Both the position numbers and the translations under genes were made by a program. DNA of 64,000 nucleotides from Thermoplasmatota archaeon. GTDB lineage: Archaea > Thermoplasmatota > Penumbrarchaeia > Penumbrarchaeales > Penumbrarchaeaceae. Where the stretch lies: NCBI GenBank assembly GCA_029762535.1, contig JARVGK010000010.1:4602-68601 (forward strand), written 5' to 3'. The notes below the pieces were generated by a model. That model made no database searches and had not been told where the DNA came from. It worked only from the letters and a program-made list of their open reading frames with translations. This document shows positions 39,001 through 48,925 of the stretch, one piece after another (position 1 is the first letter of the stretch; each line of letters starts with the position of its first letter).

Positions 39001-40657
39001 AGCCCTCAACTCGGAAGGGTCGGGCGATCCCACGGACGAGGTCTCGGCCGTTCCTCTTGATCGGCCCTCCATGCCAACGAACTTCGAGGTGGAGGCGTTC
39101 TCCAACTCCGTCAAGATAACGTGGGGGCAGCCGTTGAGGGATGGTGGCACCCCGGTGCTGGGCTTCAACATCTACCGCGCGGAAAAGAGCATGATATGGA
39201 GCAACATTCGAGAGCTAGACGTACTGGACGAGTCCTACACGGACAACAGCGTCATCAACGGAAGGACGTACATCTACAGGATGACGGCCCTAAACGATGT
39301 GGGCGAATCGGAACACACCGAAGAGATCAACGTAACGCCCCTCGGCAGGCCCGGATCGCCGATGGGTTACAACATAGAGGCCGGGGACAGGTTCGTTATC
39401 CTGAGCTGGGAGACGCCCCTCGACCACGGAGGGACCCCCGTCACCGGATTCAAGGTGTTCAGGGGCGAGTCCTCGCAGGAGATGGGGCTATACGCAACCA
39501 TTGAAGGCCCGGAACACACCTACAACGACACAAAGGTCAAGAACGGCCTCACATATTATTACAAGGTAGCGGCGACGAACGCCGTTGGCGACGGGCCCTT
39601 CACGGAAGCGAAGAGCGCAAGGCCCGCTTGGGTCCCGTCCCCTCCGTCGAACGTTCAGGTGACACCAGGGGACGGATTCGTGGACATATCCTGGGGACCT
39701 CCCATGAACGACGGCGGTGACCCGGTCACCGAGCTCAGGATTTTCAGGGGAACTGACCCGAACTCAAGCGTCCCCCTCCTTACATCCAGCGTCCTAACCG
39801 GATCCTACAGGGACACGACGGTGACCAACGGTGTGGAGTATTATTACAGCATGTCCTCATCTAATTCCATAGGGGAGAGCATCAGGACCACTCCGGCTCC
39901 CGCGATGCCCTCGGGCAAACCCACTGCGCCCAGGAACGTCATCTCGACCGCAGGTTCCGGGTCAGTTAGGGTGACCTGGGATGCGCCATCCAGCACGGGC
40001 GGTCTTCCCCTCACTGGCTACAATATATACAGGACATCGACCACGAAAGGCAGCATTCTCATCGGGGACGTCGGCCCGGATGTTCTGGAGTACAGCGACC
40101 GCAACGTTGTCTCCGGTGGGACGTATCTTTACAGGATCTCCGCGGTGAATGCGAACGGCGAGGGCCCGCAGTCAGAGTCCGTAGAGGCCTACATCACCGA
40201 AAAAGCGGACCACACTCTGGTCATCGTCGTCGCTTCCATGATCGTCCTGGTAATGATCATACTCGCCATCGCGCTCGCGGTCTTCCTATCGAGGAAAAAG
40301 AAGAAACAACAGCAGATGCCGCAGCAGGCCCCTGCCCCTGGCATGATGGCGCCTCCGCCTTACCCGCTCGCCGCGGGCCAGGCGTACCCGGGGATGATGA
40401 TGCCCGCCCCGTCCACGCCCCTCCCGCCCGGCACCCCGCAGGAAGGGCTGCCTCCCAGCGAACCGCGGGTATCCCTGCCCGTGTATCAAAATGAGGAGGC
40501 CCCGGTGGAGGACGAGCCTGAGAAGAGCGATCCCGGGGAACATGTCCAACAGGAAGAGAACGAGGGAACATCCGTCGAACCTCCGATCGATGCATCGCCA
40601 GAGCCCGAGGTCCAGGACGACGACCCGTTGAAGGGTTTCTACAACGAGGAGCAATAA
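36023..40657 (+). CDS. Giant surface protein (1544 aa) with signal peptide, SBBP-like beta-propeller repeats and about seven fibronectin type-III domains. It also has a TM anchor and a Pro-rich/acidic cytoplasmic tail.
   Basis: Signal peptide AMAAIAMTLFFVPSGMISG. Recurring NFPTIRG / DFPTTKDAY / NFPITSNAYQ motifs as in ORF 2-3697. Repeated FN3 signatures (P-x-x-P-x-N...S-V-x-L-x-W-x-x-P...DGG-x-P-I-x-x-Y). TM anchor LVIVVASMIVLVMIILAIALAVF followed by KKKKQQQMPQQAPAPGMM.... Confidence 0.75.
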   Translation: MGSSYARALMAAIAMTLFFVPSGMISGSEDDVYEAPFDVIQLTIEGGLDAVFIENRGQWDPEVMFVARTGYGQVGFTKDGIYHNVVIVERTEPERRGMTGAASADSCLVGIGFSGSNPATPVGVDVLPTEYNYFLGSDPSRWASGVSAYSSIVYRDLWDGIDLIYKGGPDGLKYDIVLRPGADPDSVRFEVDDSTLLSVRGDSLHIGTPLGMDLVDGGLRTFYMDTMEPIPSSFSLDGGLFGFSLSSYDKDRSVVIDPTVNLLALNFSTFIGGSSSDYPYEMDVDASGNVFVCGATYSTNFPTIRGQSYQERINGYGDAFVLKLDSAGRSLLICTYIGGSSSDEATSIKVDDNGDCYVAGVTTSEDFPTTKDAYNDTLYSSSLDLFILKLNSRGSDLIYSTYLGGADYDYFPRIDIDDSGNVYLAASTISDNFPITSNAYQNTLIPDPWGGWAWDMVFLKMDLSKMDLIYSSYLGGEGSDISTSIRYDDAGSVYMGGYTDSSDFNVTSGAYQGTINGRTDGFVFKFDMTAKSMTYCTYFGGTSGSTYISDMDIDESGNVYACGETDSQNLPVTIGAYDAQMDGGADAFVMRLNSAGSGLVFCTFAGGSGYESFQGISLDDELDIHLSGYIYDTFDFPMPNGVFQPSAGGGLQEGVYMKLSNDGSENLYSTYVGGVSYDECTDVVVCPNSQEPIVLGSTSSSDFPTKGGSYDTTHNGADDIFVLKLILSLPPDPPGTPVASAGDSFVNLSWDPPAIDGGAPVTDYEVHRGTKSGSLSRIAFTEGNSSYNDTSVTNGIKYYYAVLAVNRMGPGKLSDEIIALPATVPTPPRNVVARYSNRFVNLTWIAPEDDGGLVLQGFYLYKFTGSSQTPEVSTIEPYIKTYSDESVTNGINYRYFLTAFNTMGESPPSIEVNATPRTRPGMVEDVVISTGPEFISLRWSAPEWDGGSPILNYTIFRAVQSGSFARYVTLPAMPRIFNDTGLENGLRYRYKLIALNSEGSGDPTDEVSAVPLDRPSMPTNFEVEAFSNSVKITWGQPLRDGGTPVLGFNIYRAEKSMIWSNIRELDVLDESYTDNSVINGRTYIYRMTALNDVGESEHTEEINVTPLGRPGSPMGYNIEAGDRFVILSWETPLDHGGTPVTGFKVFRGESSQEMGLYATIEGPEHTYNDTKVKNGLTYYYKVAATNAVGDGPFTEAKSARPAWVPSPPSNVQVTPGDGFVDISWGPPMNDGGDPVTELRIFRGTDPNSSVPLLTSSVLTGSYRDTTVTNGVEYYYSMSSSNSIGESIRTTPAPAMPSGKPTAPRNVISTAGSGSVRVTWDAPSSTGGLPLTGYNIYRTSTTKGSILIGDVGPDVLEYSDRNVVSGGTYLYRISAVNANGEGPQSESVEAYITEKADHTLVIVVASMIVLVMIILAIALAVFLSRKKKKQQQMPQQAPAPGMMAPPPYPLAAGQAYPGMMMPAPSTPLPPGTPQEGLPPSEPRVSLPVYQNEEAPVEDEPEKSDPGEHVQQEENEGTSVEPPIDASPEPEVQDDDPLKGFYNEEQ

Positions 40658-40683
40658 GGGCTTCCTCCATCTATTTATCCGAA

Positions 40684-41568
40684 ATGGGCCATACATGTGC
40701 CATGACGGACCTGACCGATGAGGAGCGAACCCTGCTCCGCTCCTATCTGACATACGATTCCGGCCGAGGGGATCCCTCGACGATGCCCCTTGAAGGCCTC
40801 TCGGGAAAGGCGATGGTCCTGGCCGAGGGTGACTGCTTGCTCTCTGGGCTGGAGGCGGCCGTTCACCTCTTCGAGATCTCGGGCTGCGAGGTCATTGTTC
40901 CAGAAGGCATGGAAAGCGGCGGAAAGGTGGTCGATGGGTGGACGGTCCTCGAGGTGAGGGGGCCACTGCCGGGGATGCTCCGGTGCGAACGGACGGCGCT
41001 AAACGTCCTTTCCAGGATGTCATCCATAGCGACATACGCCTCCGAGCTGGTCGATATGGTCCGTTCCTCTGGGTCCGACTGCCGCCTGGCTGGAACGAGG
41101 AAGACCACCCCGGGCTTCGGACCATTCGAGAAGCGCGCCCTCATCGACGGCGGTGCACTGCCGCACAGGATGACCCTCTCCGATGCGTGCATGTTCAAGG
41201 ACAATCACATTGCGTCCCTCAAAGTGAACGGTTCGAGCCTGAAGGAAGCTTTGGAGGCCGTTCGAAAAATGCGGGGTCCCTATCTTCTCATCGAGGCGGA
41301 GGCCGAGGATGGGGAAACGGCCATGGAGGCTCTCACATCCGGTGCGGACGTTATCATGATAGACAACGCCACTATTGCGTCCTTCACAGACCTGGCAATG
41401 GAACTAAGGCAGAGGGCGCGCGAACTCGGAAGGAGCATCGTCATCGAGGCATCGGGAGGGATCGATGCTTCGAACCTGCTGGAATATACCCCCCACGCCG
41501 ATGTCGTTTCAATGGGCGCCCTAACCTATCCCCCGGTCCATGTCTCGTTCAGAATGGAGATCATCTGA
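40684..41568 (+). CDS. nadC: Nicotinate-nucleotide pyrophosphorylase (quinolinate phosphoribosyltransferase).
   Basis: QPRTase motifs ERTALNVLSRMSSIAT and LAGTRKTTPGF...KDNHIA. The precise start is uncertain (Met1 vs Met7). Confidence 0.75.
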   Translation: MGHTCAMTDLTDEERTLLRSYLTYDSGRGDPSTMPLEGLSGKAMVLAEGDCLLSGLEAAVHLFEISGCEVIVPEGMESGGKVVDGWTVLEVRGPLPGMLRCERTALNVLSRMSSIATYASELVDMVRSSGSDCRLAGTRKTTPGFGPFEKRALIDGGALPHRMTLSDACMFKDNHIASLKVNGSSLKEALEAVRKMRGPYLLIEAEAEDGETAMEALTSGADVIMIDNATIASFTDLAMELRQRARELGRSIVIEASGGIDASNLLEYTPHADVVSMGALTYPPVHVSFRMEII

Positions 41569-41683
41569 GCGCTCATGTGCACAAAAGTATTATTAAACAG
41601 TGCGTACATATTTCATCAGCGGCGGAGCGCAGAATGACTTCTTCATCCCCCAGAACCCCCCCTAATCACCCGCGCTCCGTCAA

Positions 41684-41705
41684 GGCGGGGAGAGGTCTCC
41701 CCGCC
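41684..41705. other. Perfect GC-rich hairpin GGCGGGGAGA-GG-TCTCCCCGCC between nadC and the flavodoxin gene. A T-rich tract (GTTTTTAT) lies ~25 nt downstream.
   Basis: Read directly in the sequence. Could be a transcript 3'-end or regulatory stem-loop. Confidence 0.4.
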
Positions 41706-41761
41706 GTACCCTCCTCTTGGCAAGGGTTAAGTTTTTATGCCTTTTCGCTTTGGGCGGGCAT

Positions 41762-42259
41762 GTGAAGGCACTCGTCGTCTATTACACCCGAACGGGAAGG
41801 ACCCAAGCAGCTGCGAGACAGGTCTCCGAGATCCTCAAATGCGATGTCGAAGGCATCAGGGAGGGTATGTCAAGAAAAGGGCTTCTCGGCTATCTTCGCT
41901 CGGGGATCGACGGCCTGTTGAAGAGGCGCTCACCGATAATCCCTCCCAGAAAGGACCCCTCCAAATACGATCTTCTGATACTCGGGACCCCACTCTGGGC
42001 GGGAAGGATATCCTCCCCGGCCCGCTCGTATCTGGCGGGATTCGCCAGGTCCCTACCCCCTACGATACTTCTGTGCACATCCTCGGGGACAGCGACGAAG
42101 GATGTATCCAGCGATTTCGAGGCGGAGGCCGGGAACGAACCTCTCGACGTCCATTTCGTAAGCGAGGAAGAGGCATCGGATCCAAGGACCATCGTCGGGT
42201 TGAGGATATTCCTCGACCGGGTCCTCGAAAGGTTCTCCACTGGTACGATGCCGGCATGA
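41762..42259 (+). CDS. Flavodoxin-like (FMN-binding) protein.
   Basis: N-terminal KALVVYYTRTGRTQAAARQVSE is a typical flavodoxin phosphate-binding loop. GTG 41762 is proposed as the start; the track start 41717 is a TTG. The overlapping 41737-42708 ORF in another frame is spurious upstream of 42307. Confidence 0.55.
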   Translation: MKALVVYYTRTGRTQAAARQVSEILKCDVEGIREGMSRKGLLGYLRSGIDGLLKRRSPIIPPRKDPSKYDLLILGTPLWAGRISSPARSYLAGFARSLPPTILLCTSSGTATKDVSSDFEAEAGNEPLDVHFVSEEEASDPRTIVGLRIFLDRVLERFSTGTMPA

Positions 42260-42306
42260 TAAGGTTTATCACCCAACAGGGCCTTCATGAGACCCGGGGG
42301 AATCAA

Positions 42307-42708
42307 ATGGCCAGGAGACGGACGTTCGGAAATTTCTTCACGTTCAGATGGATGATCACTCCGGGGATCATCAGAATATTCTACGTCATAGGACTGATAC
42401 TTGACAATCTGCTTCTGCTCGCGGCCACGATCGGAGGCATAGCCGCGATGATAATCATCGGAAGGGACCTGGAACTGGATACGCTCATCATCGTCGGTTC
42501 CATCGTTGGCATCCTGGTGCTGTCCCTCATCACGTTCATCATTATGAACCTGTTATGGAGGATGTTCTGCGAGCAGATCATACTCTTCTTCTCGTTGCAC
42601 GAGATGCTATCGACCATCGAGGGGGATGTCAGGGAGCGGATCAAGGAGCGTAAGAGAAAGGAGAAGGAGGAAAAAGAAGAAGAGGTCGCCTCCTCCGACG
42701 AAGAATGA
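42307..42708 (+). CDS. Small membrane protein (DUF4282-like) with a Lys/Glu-rich C-terminus.
   Basis: MARRRTFGNFFTFRWMITPGIIRIFYVIGLIL... with two or three TM segments, followed by a charged KERKRKEKEEKEEE tail. Confidence 0.5.
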   Translation: MARRRTFGNFFTFRWMITPGIIRIFYVIGLILDNLLLLAATIGGIAAMIIIGRDLELDTLIIVGSIVGILVLSLITFIIMNLLWRMFCEQIILFFSLHEMLSTIEGDVRERIKERKRKEKEEKEEEVASSDEE

Positions 42709-42784
42709 ACGCCCTTCGCTTGCAAAAAAGGTTTTAACGGGCTTATCTTCACCCCATGGTACCGCTCGTCAAAGGTGATATGAG

Positions 42785-45682
42785 ATGGACGATCTCGATT
42801 CCGCCGCATTGGAGGCAAAATGGCAGAGGATATGGGAGGAACGCTCCGCCTTCAGTCCTAGGGGGCCCAACCCAGATGCCAATGGCAAGTTCTTCATGAT
42901 ATTCGCCTATCCAGGGATCTCCGGTTACCTCCACGTCGGTCACATGAGGGGGTTCACCTACACCGATGTGATGACGCGTTACAAGCGTTCCAGTGGCTAT
43001 GACGTCCTTTTCCCGGTAGGTTTCCACGCTAGCGGGATCCCCGCCATATCTCTGGCCAAACGCATCGAGAGGGGCGATGAGAGAACGATGGAGTACATGG
43101 TCAAGAACGGCGCCCCCAAAGACATCATCCCCACGCTTTCCGATGTCGATAATTTGATCGGTTTCTTCTCTAAGGTCTATATTGAAGATTACTGGAAGCG
43201 CTTCGGGTTCGGGATGGACTTCACCAGGTGCATGAGCACGATCTCCCCCGGCTACAACAGGTTCATCTCCTGGCAGTTCCGCAAGCTCAGGGACAGGGGC
43301 CTTCTCGTGACAAAGCCACATTATGCCCCTTACTGCCCGAGCTGCGGCCCCGTCGCAGTGGATGCCTCCATGACGGACATCCAATCCGGCGGTGGCGCGG
43401 AGATCCTGGACTTCACCGTTCTCAAATTTCGCCTCGAGGACGGCACCGTCCTCCCCGCCGCGACCCTGAGGCCCGAGACAGTTTACGGTGTCACGAACAT
43501 GTGGCTGCACCCCTATGTCGATTACGTTCTCGCCTCCGTCGGCCCCGAGAAATGGCTGATGTCGCGGGAGGGCATGGAGAAGCTTCTCCATCAGACCAAA
43601 GGGGAGATGGATGTCCGATCCATCTCAAGAGGCAAGGGCTCCGACCTGATCGGAAGAACATGCACGACGCCGCTTGGAAGGGAAGTGCCCATTCTTCCCG
43701 GGGATTTCGTCGATCCGGCCGTGGCGACGGGGGTCGTCATGTCCGTTCCGGCCCACGCCCCCTTCGACTGGATCGCCCTGAAGGACCTTCAGGGCACGGA
43801 CGTTGCGATCCCTGGCATATCGAGAGAGGAATTGGAGGGTATCCGGCCCGTCACCCTCATTAGGTCGGGGGCAAAGGCCCTCGAGGATCCCGCAGGGGTC
43901 CTGTGCCGGGAGATGGGCGTCCAGACCCAGCATGACTCCGGGAAGCTCGAGGAGGCCACCAAGCGCATCTACAAGGACGAGTTCCATTCCGGGATTCTCC
44001 TCGATATATGCGGCGAATACTCAGGCATGAAGGTGTCCCTTGCCAAGGACGCCCTCAGGTCCGACATGATCGCAAAAGGCGATGCCTCCGGGTTCCAGGA
44101 GTTCTCCGAGCCCGTCATATGCCGCTGCGGAGCGAAGGTGGTAATATCCAGGATACCCGACCAGTGGTTCATTCGCTACTCGGACGCTGATCTGACGCGA
44201 AAGGCCGTGGAGCACGCCTCCGAGATGGAGATCCTTCCGGATGAGTACAGGAAGGAGCTCCCATCCGTCCTGGAGTGGTTCGGCGACAGGGCCTGCATAA
44301 GACAGGGTTCCTGGCAGGGAACCGAGTTCCCATTCAAGAAGGGCTGGATAATCGAGCCCATATCCGATTCCACCCTGTATCCGGCCTACTACATCATATC
44401 CCCCTACGTCAATGACGGCTCCCTGCCGCTCGAGGACATGGACGACGACTTCTTCGACCATGTCCTTCTGGGGATCCCGCCCGGCAAGGACATCGATCCC
44501 CGGAGAAGGGAGCTTCAGGAGAAGATAAGGAAGGATTTCCTCTACTGGTATCCACTGGACTTCAACTTAGGGGGCAAGGAGCACAAGACAGTGCATTTCC
44601 CCGTGTTCCTGATGAACCACGTCGCCATCATGGATAGGGCGCACTGGCCCCGCGGGATCTACGTCCACTGGTGGGTCACTATGGGGGGCGGGGACAAGAT
44701 CTCCAAGACCAAGGGAGGCGCGGAGCCCATACCCGAGGCGATCGCCAAGTACGGCGTGGACGCGATGAGGCTATACTACTGCCACGTTGGATCGTCCAAT
44801 ATGGACGTGGAATGGGTCGAGGAGACCGTCTCCCATTACAGGGCGAGGACGAGAAGGATATTCGAACAGTTCCAGGACCTGCTTCGCCTCAAGGGGGGCC
44901 CGTCAACAATGGACGGGTACCTCAAAGCCGCGATGTCGAGAAGGACACAGGAGATCACCGCTTCCATGGAGAAGGGGGCCTTCAGGGACGCTTCCAACAG
45001 CGCCTATTTCGCGATCCCCGCAGACATGAGATGGTATGTCAGAAGGGGAGGGAACGACCCCGAGGCCGTGAGGGAGGCCCTCTCCGTATGGGCCAGGCTG
45101 TTACAGCCCGTCACCCCGCATATGGCGGAGGAGCTGTGGGAGATGATAGGGGGAGAGGGGCTGGTGTCGCTCGCTCCCTGGCCGGAGCCCTCTGACGGCC
45201 CGGAACTCGAAACGGCCTGGCTGAGGGAAGGTTACGTGTCCCAGCTGTTGGAGGACGCATCCAATATAATGAAGATGACGGGGATCGAAGCAAAACGCGT
45301 CTGCCTCTACGCTGCGCCCGATTGGAGATGGTATATGCTATCGGAGATGGTAGCGAAGGCGAGGGAGGGGGACGGGAGGCTCAACGTCGGCGACGTGATC
45401 AAGCATCTCATGGGCATCGAGACGATGAGGGCTCATGCCAAGGAGATCCCCAAGCTGGTGCAGAGGCTGGTAAAGGACGTGGTCAAGATGGGCGATGCCG
45501 AGTTCAGGAGGATAGAGCTCCTGCGCGACGAGGTCTCCCTCCTCAAGGGCATCGCGCCTTTCATGTCCGGGGAACTCGGCTGCCCCGTATCCGTCTTCGG
45601 CGAGGACGACCCGGACATATACGACCCCACGGGCAAGGTCAGGGGGGCCATCCCCCTCAAACCGGCCATCTACATGGAGTGA
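42785..45682 (+). CDS. leuS: Leucyl-tRNA synthetase (archaeal/eukaryotic type).
   Basis: Class I aaRS motifs HVGH (YLHVGHMRGF) and KISKTKG (KMSKS), a CP1 editing-domain region, and archaeal-type length (965 aa). Confidence 0.9.
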   Translation: MDDLDSAALEAKWQRIWEERSAFSPRGPNPDANGKFFMIFAYPGISGYLHVGHMRGFTYTDVMTRYKRSSGYDVLFPVGFHASGIPAISLAKRIERGDERTMEYMVKNGAPKDIIPTLSDVDNLIGFFSKVYIEDYWKRFGFGMDFTRCMSTISPGYNRFISWQFRKLRDRGLLVTKPHYAPYCPSCGPVAVDASMTDIQSGGGAEILDFTVLKFRLEDGTVLPAATLRPETVYGVTNMWLHPYVDYVLASVGPEKWLMSREGMEKLLHQTKGEMDVRSISRGKGSDLIGRTCTTPLGREVPILPGDFVDPAVATGVVMSVPAHAPFDWIALKDLQGTDVAIPGISREELEGIRPVTLIRSGAKALEDPAGVLCREMGVQTQHDSGKLEEATKRIYKDEFHSGILLDICGEYSGMKVSLAKDALRSDMIAKGDASGFQEFSEPVICRCGAKVVISRIPDQWFIRYSDADLTRKAVEHASEMEILPDEYRKELPSVLEWFGDRACIRQGSWQGTEFPFKKGWIIEPISDSTLYPAYYIISPYVNDGSLPLEDMDDDFFDHVLLGIPPGKDIDPRRRELQEKIRKDFLYWYPLDFNLGGKEHKTVHFPVFLMNHVAIMDRAHWPRGIYVHWWVTMGGGDKISKTKGGAEPIPEAIAKYGVDAMRLYYCHVGSSNMDVEWVEETVSHYRARTRRIFEQFQDLLRLKGGPSTMDGYLKAAMSRRTQEITASMEKGAFRDASNSAYFAIPADMRWYVRRGGNDPEAVREALSVWARLLQPVTPHMAEELWEMIGGEGLVSLAPWPEPSDGPELETAWLREGYVSQLLEDASNIMKMTGIEAKRVCLYAAPDWRWYMLSEMVAKAREGDGRLNVGDVIKHLMGIETMRAHAKEIPKLVQRLVKDVVKMGDAEFRRIELLRDEVSLLKGIAPFMSGELGCPVSVFGEDDPDIYDPTGKVRGAIPLKPAIYME

Positions 45683-45728
45683 TAGGAGCGCGGAGAACGG
45701 CCCAAATTTAATATGCGCAGGCATCCTT

Positions 45729-48245
45729 ATGGAGCCCATGCGGGACAGGGGCTCCGGATCCTTCAAAAAGTTCTGTATCGCGTTATATGCCCTGCTGCTG
45801 ATCGTCACCAGCCTGCCTTTTGAGAGCGGGGCCGAGCCCGAGGCCGCCTGGTCGTATCATACGTCCTACGAGATCGATTCGATACTCACCGACCTGGCAT
45901 CGAGCAGGCCTGACATCGCCATGAAAACGACTGCCTGGGAGCTTCTAGGGATCCCGGACGCCGAGGGAGGGCGCTCGATCCCCATACTGTTCATAGGCAA
46001 CATGTCGGACCCCTCTCGATCGAACCTGATGTTCATCGGGGCCCATCACGGCAACGAGCCCGACTCCGCCGAGGCGGTCCTGGCCTTCGCGAGCTACATC
46101 CTAGAAGGCGAGAACGACAGGGTCCGCTACGTCACATCAAGGCTGAACCTGATCGTCCTCCCGGTCGTCAACCCCTACGGTCTGGACATGGGCACCCGAT
46201 ACGATGAAACTGGCGAGGACCCGAACAGGGACTACCCGTTCATGGCCTCATCTTCCTCGGCATACTCGGACGGTATCCCCCTCAACACCGCCGGTGCGAG
46301 GACCGTCCATGAACTTGCGAGGATGTATCCAACGGATATCGCCCTGAGCTTCCATACGGGCTCCTTCGGAATATTCACGCCGTGGGGAGCGGCCTCCACC
46401 GGGAACATGACCCCGGACCATGTATGCTTCATGGAGCTCGCCTCCGCCATTTCCAGGGCGTCGGGCCTGAACATGCCCTACGGCCCAGCGAACGATTTCA
46501 AGGGCGTATCCTACCTGATGGGTGCCTTCGACGACCATCTCTACGGTTCATCCGTGTTCCCTGACCGCCTCTATTCCCAGGACATGATATTACCCTGGTC
46601 CTCGGCTTCCTTCACGGTGGAGCTCCGCACGGGTCTGGGAGAGGAGCCGGAAGGGCTCGGAACGCTTCATGGCGTGGACTCGGAACCCCCCTCGCTTCAG
46701 GTGATCCCCTCGGCCGTGAGGATGTGCCTGGCCGCGTGCATGATGGCGCGGGTCGATGCCTCCTATGATCTGGAGGTCACCGCGGGCGGGTCGACGGCGT
46801 CCTTCGAGGTGCGCGGCGTATCATCCATCGATGGATTGAACCTCGGGACGGACGAGGGCGAGGCCCTCGACCCGGACGATCTCAGGACCCATCCCAGGTA
46901 CCCGGAGATATCATTAAGCGCCACGCCTCCGGAGGGCGCGAAGGGTGTGAGGCTGTTCGGCGATCCGCGCGCCTCCTGGAGGGCCCACCTCGAGGGTTCA
47001 TACCCCAACGTATCCCCCAGATCGCTCCTGTCCGCGAGCTCGGTCGGCGGCATCGACGCTTGGGTCGGGCTCCCGTCGAGGGAAGAGGAAGCCCATATCG
47101 AGATAGTTGGCATAGATCCCATGATCGCGCAGGTCGGGAGCGGGGTCGAGGTCACGGTGATCATAGAGATGCCGGAGGGCGAACACATCAGCGGTCTTGA
47201 CCTCGTGACCATATCCAATGGCTTCGAGATGGCCCTTCCCTACACGGCTTGGGAGATAGTGAGCGGCGAGAACGTCCTTGAGGCATCCGCTGGCATCGTG
47301 GAGGGGTCGACCCGGCTCGAGGCGAGACTGCATACCAACAAGGGCACACATGTCAGGAGAGCGGCGTTTCACACGGCCCCCTGGATAGCTGTATCGGCGG
47401 AACACTATCCTGTCGATCACTCTCTCAAAGTGATCATGGGCCTCGAGGGTGCGAGGAAGCCCGCCTACGCCCATTTGACGCTATCCCCCGCCGGCGGCTG
47501 GGAAGGCCCCGTACTTGGGCCCTTCACCAGGCTCCTTCCCCAAGACGGTATAGAGATGTTCGAGATCGATGTATCCATGCTCGATGGAGAATACGAAATG
47601 CTCTCATGGACCGGAACTTTCGAGCCACGACCATACGACCGGTTCTTCTTCTATCCCCGTATTAGGGCATCGGAGCTGCCCCTGCGGATCGTCGGCACGA
47701 CGCTGATATTGGGCCCCCTCACGGTCTTTGAGGGGGATAGATGCGTGGAACACCAGGGAGCCGTCAGAGCGGTCGTTGTCCGACCCGACGGCTTCGAGAC
47801 ATGGATCGATATGCCTTTCGTCCCGTTCGAATCTTTGAACCCGGAGGACGCCCTGATAGCCCTGAACCAGGCCTCGAGGGCGGGTGTCACTGGCGAGATC
47901 GCGGGAGCCTACCTCCTCGCGATCGACCTGCCGTGGCCTGGAACATACGAGGTTATGGGATATGTTACCGGTCCCAACGGCCCTGTTCCATTCGGATCGG
48001 GGATCACGCCTCCGCAGATGGAGGCGCTCCGTTACGGCTCGTTCGAGGTCATGGAGACCAAAGAGCAGGAAAGGGGCTTCCCCTTCGCGCTCATAGCTCT
48101 TTTCACCGTTCTCATAATCATAATATCCGTTGTTACGTATCTCAGGTATCCGGCCAGGATGAGGCAGATAGCCGAAAGTATGTCCGAGAGACCAGATGGG
48201 CGTTCGAGAACGGCTTACGAAAAAAGAAGAGGTGGGAGGAGATGA
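45729..48245 (+). CDS. Membrane-anchored surface protein with an N-terminal M14 zinc-carboxypeptidase-like domain.
   Basis: Signal peptide FCIALYALLLIVTSLPF. HxxE zinc motif in FIGAHHGNEPDSAEAVLAF and a second His region LSFHTGSFGIFTPWG. C-terminal anchor FALIALFTVLIIIISVVTYL followed by a basic tail. Confidence 0.5.
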   Translation: MEPMRDRGSGSFKKFCIALYALLLIVTSLPFESGAEPEAAWSYHTSYEIDSILTDLASSRPDIAMKTTAWELLGIPDAEGGRSIPILFIGNMSDPSRSNLMFIGAHHGNEPDSAEAVLAFASYILEGENDRVRYVTSRLNLIVLPVVNPYGLDMGTRYDETGEDPNRDYPFMASSSSAYSDGIPLNTAGARTVHELARMYPTDIALSFHTGSFGIFTPWGAASTGNMTPDHVCFMELASAISRASGLNMPYGPANDFKGVSYLMGAFDDHLYGSSVFPDRLYSQDMILPWSSASFTVELRTGLGEEPEGLGTLHGVDSEPPSLQVIPSAVRMCLAACMMARVDASYDLEVTAGGSTASFEVRGVSSIDGLNLGTDEGEALDPDDLRTHPRYPEISLSATPPEGAKGVRLFGDPRASWRAHLEGSYPNVSPRSLLSASSVGGIDAWVGLPSREEEAHIEIVGIDPMIAQVGSGVEVTVIIEMPEGEHISGLDLVTISNGFEMALPYTAWEIVSGENVLEASAGIVEGSTRLEARLHTNKGTHVRRAAFHTAPWIAVSAEHYPVDHSLKVIMGLEGARKPAYAHLTLSPAGGWEGPVLGPFTRLLPQDGIEMFEIDVSMLDGEYEMLSWTGTFEPRPYDRFFFYPRIRASELPLRIVGTTLILGPLTVFEGDRCVEHQGAVRAVVVRPDGFETWIDMPFVPFESLNPEDALIALNQASRAGVTGEIAGAYLLAIDLPWPGTYEVMGYVTGPNGPVPFGSGITPPQMEALRYGSFEVMETKEQERGFPFALIALFTVLIIIISVVTYLRYPARMRQIAESMSERPDGRSRTAYEKRRGGRR

Positions 48246-48925
48246 TCAGGATAGCCCCGTCGATACTGTCGGCGAACATGTGCAGGCTGGAGGAGGACGT
48301 GAAGAGGGCCCTGTCCGCGGGGGCCGACATGGTGCACGTGGACGTGATGGACGGGCATTTCGTCCCCAACATAACGATCGGCATCCCCGTGGTCAGATCG
48401 CTCAGGGAATGCTGCGATGCGGAGTTGGATGTGCATCTGATGATAAGGGATGCCGAGAGGTACGCGCCATCCTTCGTCGAGGCGGGGGCCGACATCGTGA
48501 CCGTGCATGTCGAGGCCGCACCGCATCTGAACAGGGTACTGACATCCATACGCGAATCCGGGGGCCAGTGCGGCGTTGTCCTCAACCCGGCGACCCCTAT
48601 CTCATCGGTGAGCGAGGCATTGGAGATATCCGACATGGTCCTCCTGATGAGCGTGAACCCCGGGTTCGGTGGTCAGCGGTTCATAGGCCGTTCACTTGAG
48701 AGGATCTCGAAACTCAAGATGATGATCGAGGAGAGGGGTCTTGACATCCCGATCGAGATAGACGGGGGCATAGACCCGGGCAACGCGGCCGAGGTCGTCG
48801 AGGCTGGCGCGGACGTGCTCGTCGCCGGGTCATCGGTCTTCACCGCCAACGGAGGCGATGTGGAGAACAATATCGCGGCACTGAGGTCGGCGGCTATGCT
48901 GGGATCACAACGTAGGGGCCGATGA
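48242..48925 (+). CDS. rpe: Ribulose-phosphate 3-epimerase.
   Basis: MIRIAPSILSANMCRLEEDV...VHVDVMDGHFVPNITIG...VNPGFGGQ is a canonical Rpe sequence. The ATG at 48242 overlaps the TGA of the upstream gene (ATGA). Confidence 0.85.
   Translation: MIRIAPSILSANMCRLEEDVKRALSAGADMVHVDVMDGHFVPNITIGIPVVRSLRECCDAELDVHLMIRDAERYAPSFVEAGADIVTVHVEAAPHLNRVLTSIRESGGQCGVVLNPATPISSVSEALEISDMVLLMSVNPGFGGQRFIGRSLERISKLKMMIEERGLDIPIEIDGGIDPGNAAEVVEAGADVLVAGSSVFTANGGDVENNIAALRSAAMLGSQRRGR

Noticed and set aside
41717-41761. TTG start for the flavodoxin-like gene (and TTG 32711 for the TBP-like gene, TTG 29134 for the Cys-rich protein)
   Set aside because: TTG starts are rare. Each case has an in-frame ATG/GTG downstream that matches the expected protein N-terminus and/or has a TATA element at leaderless distance.
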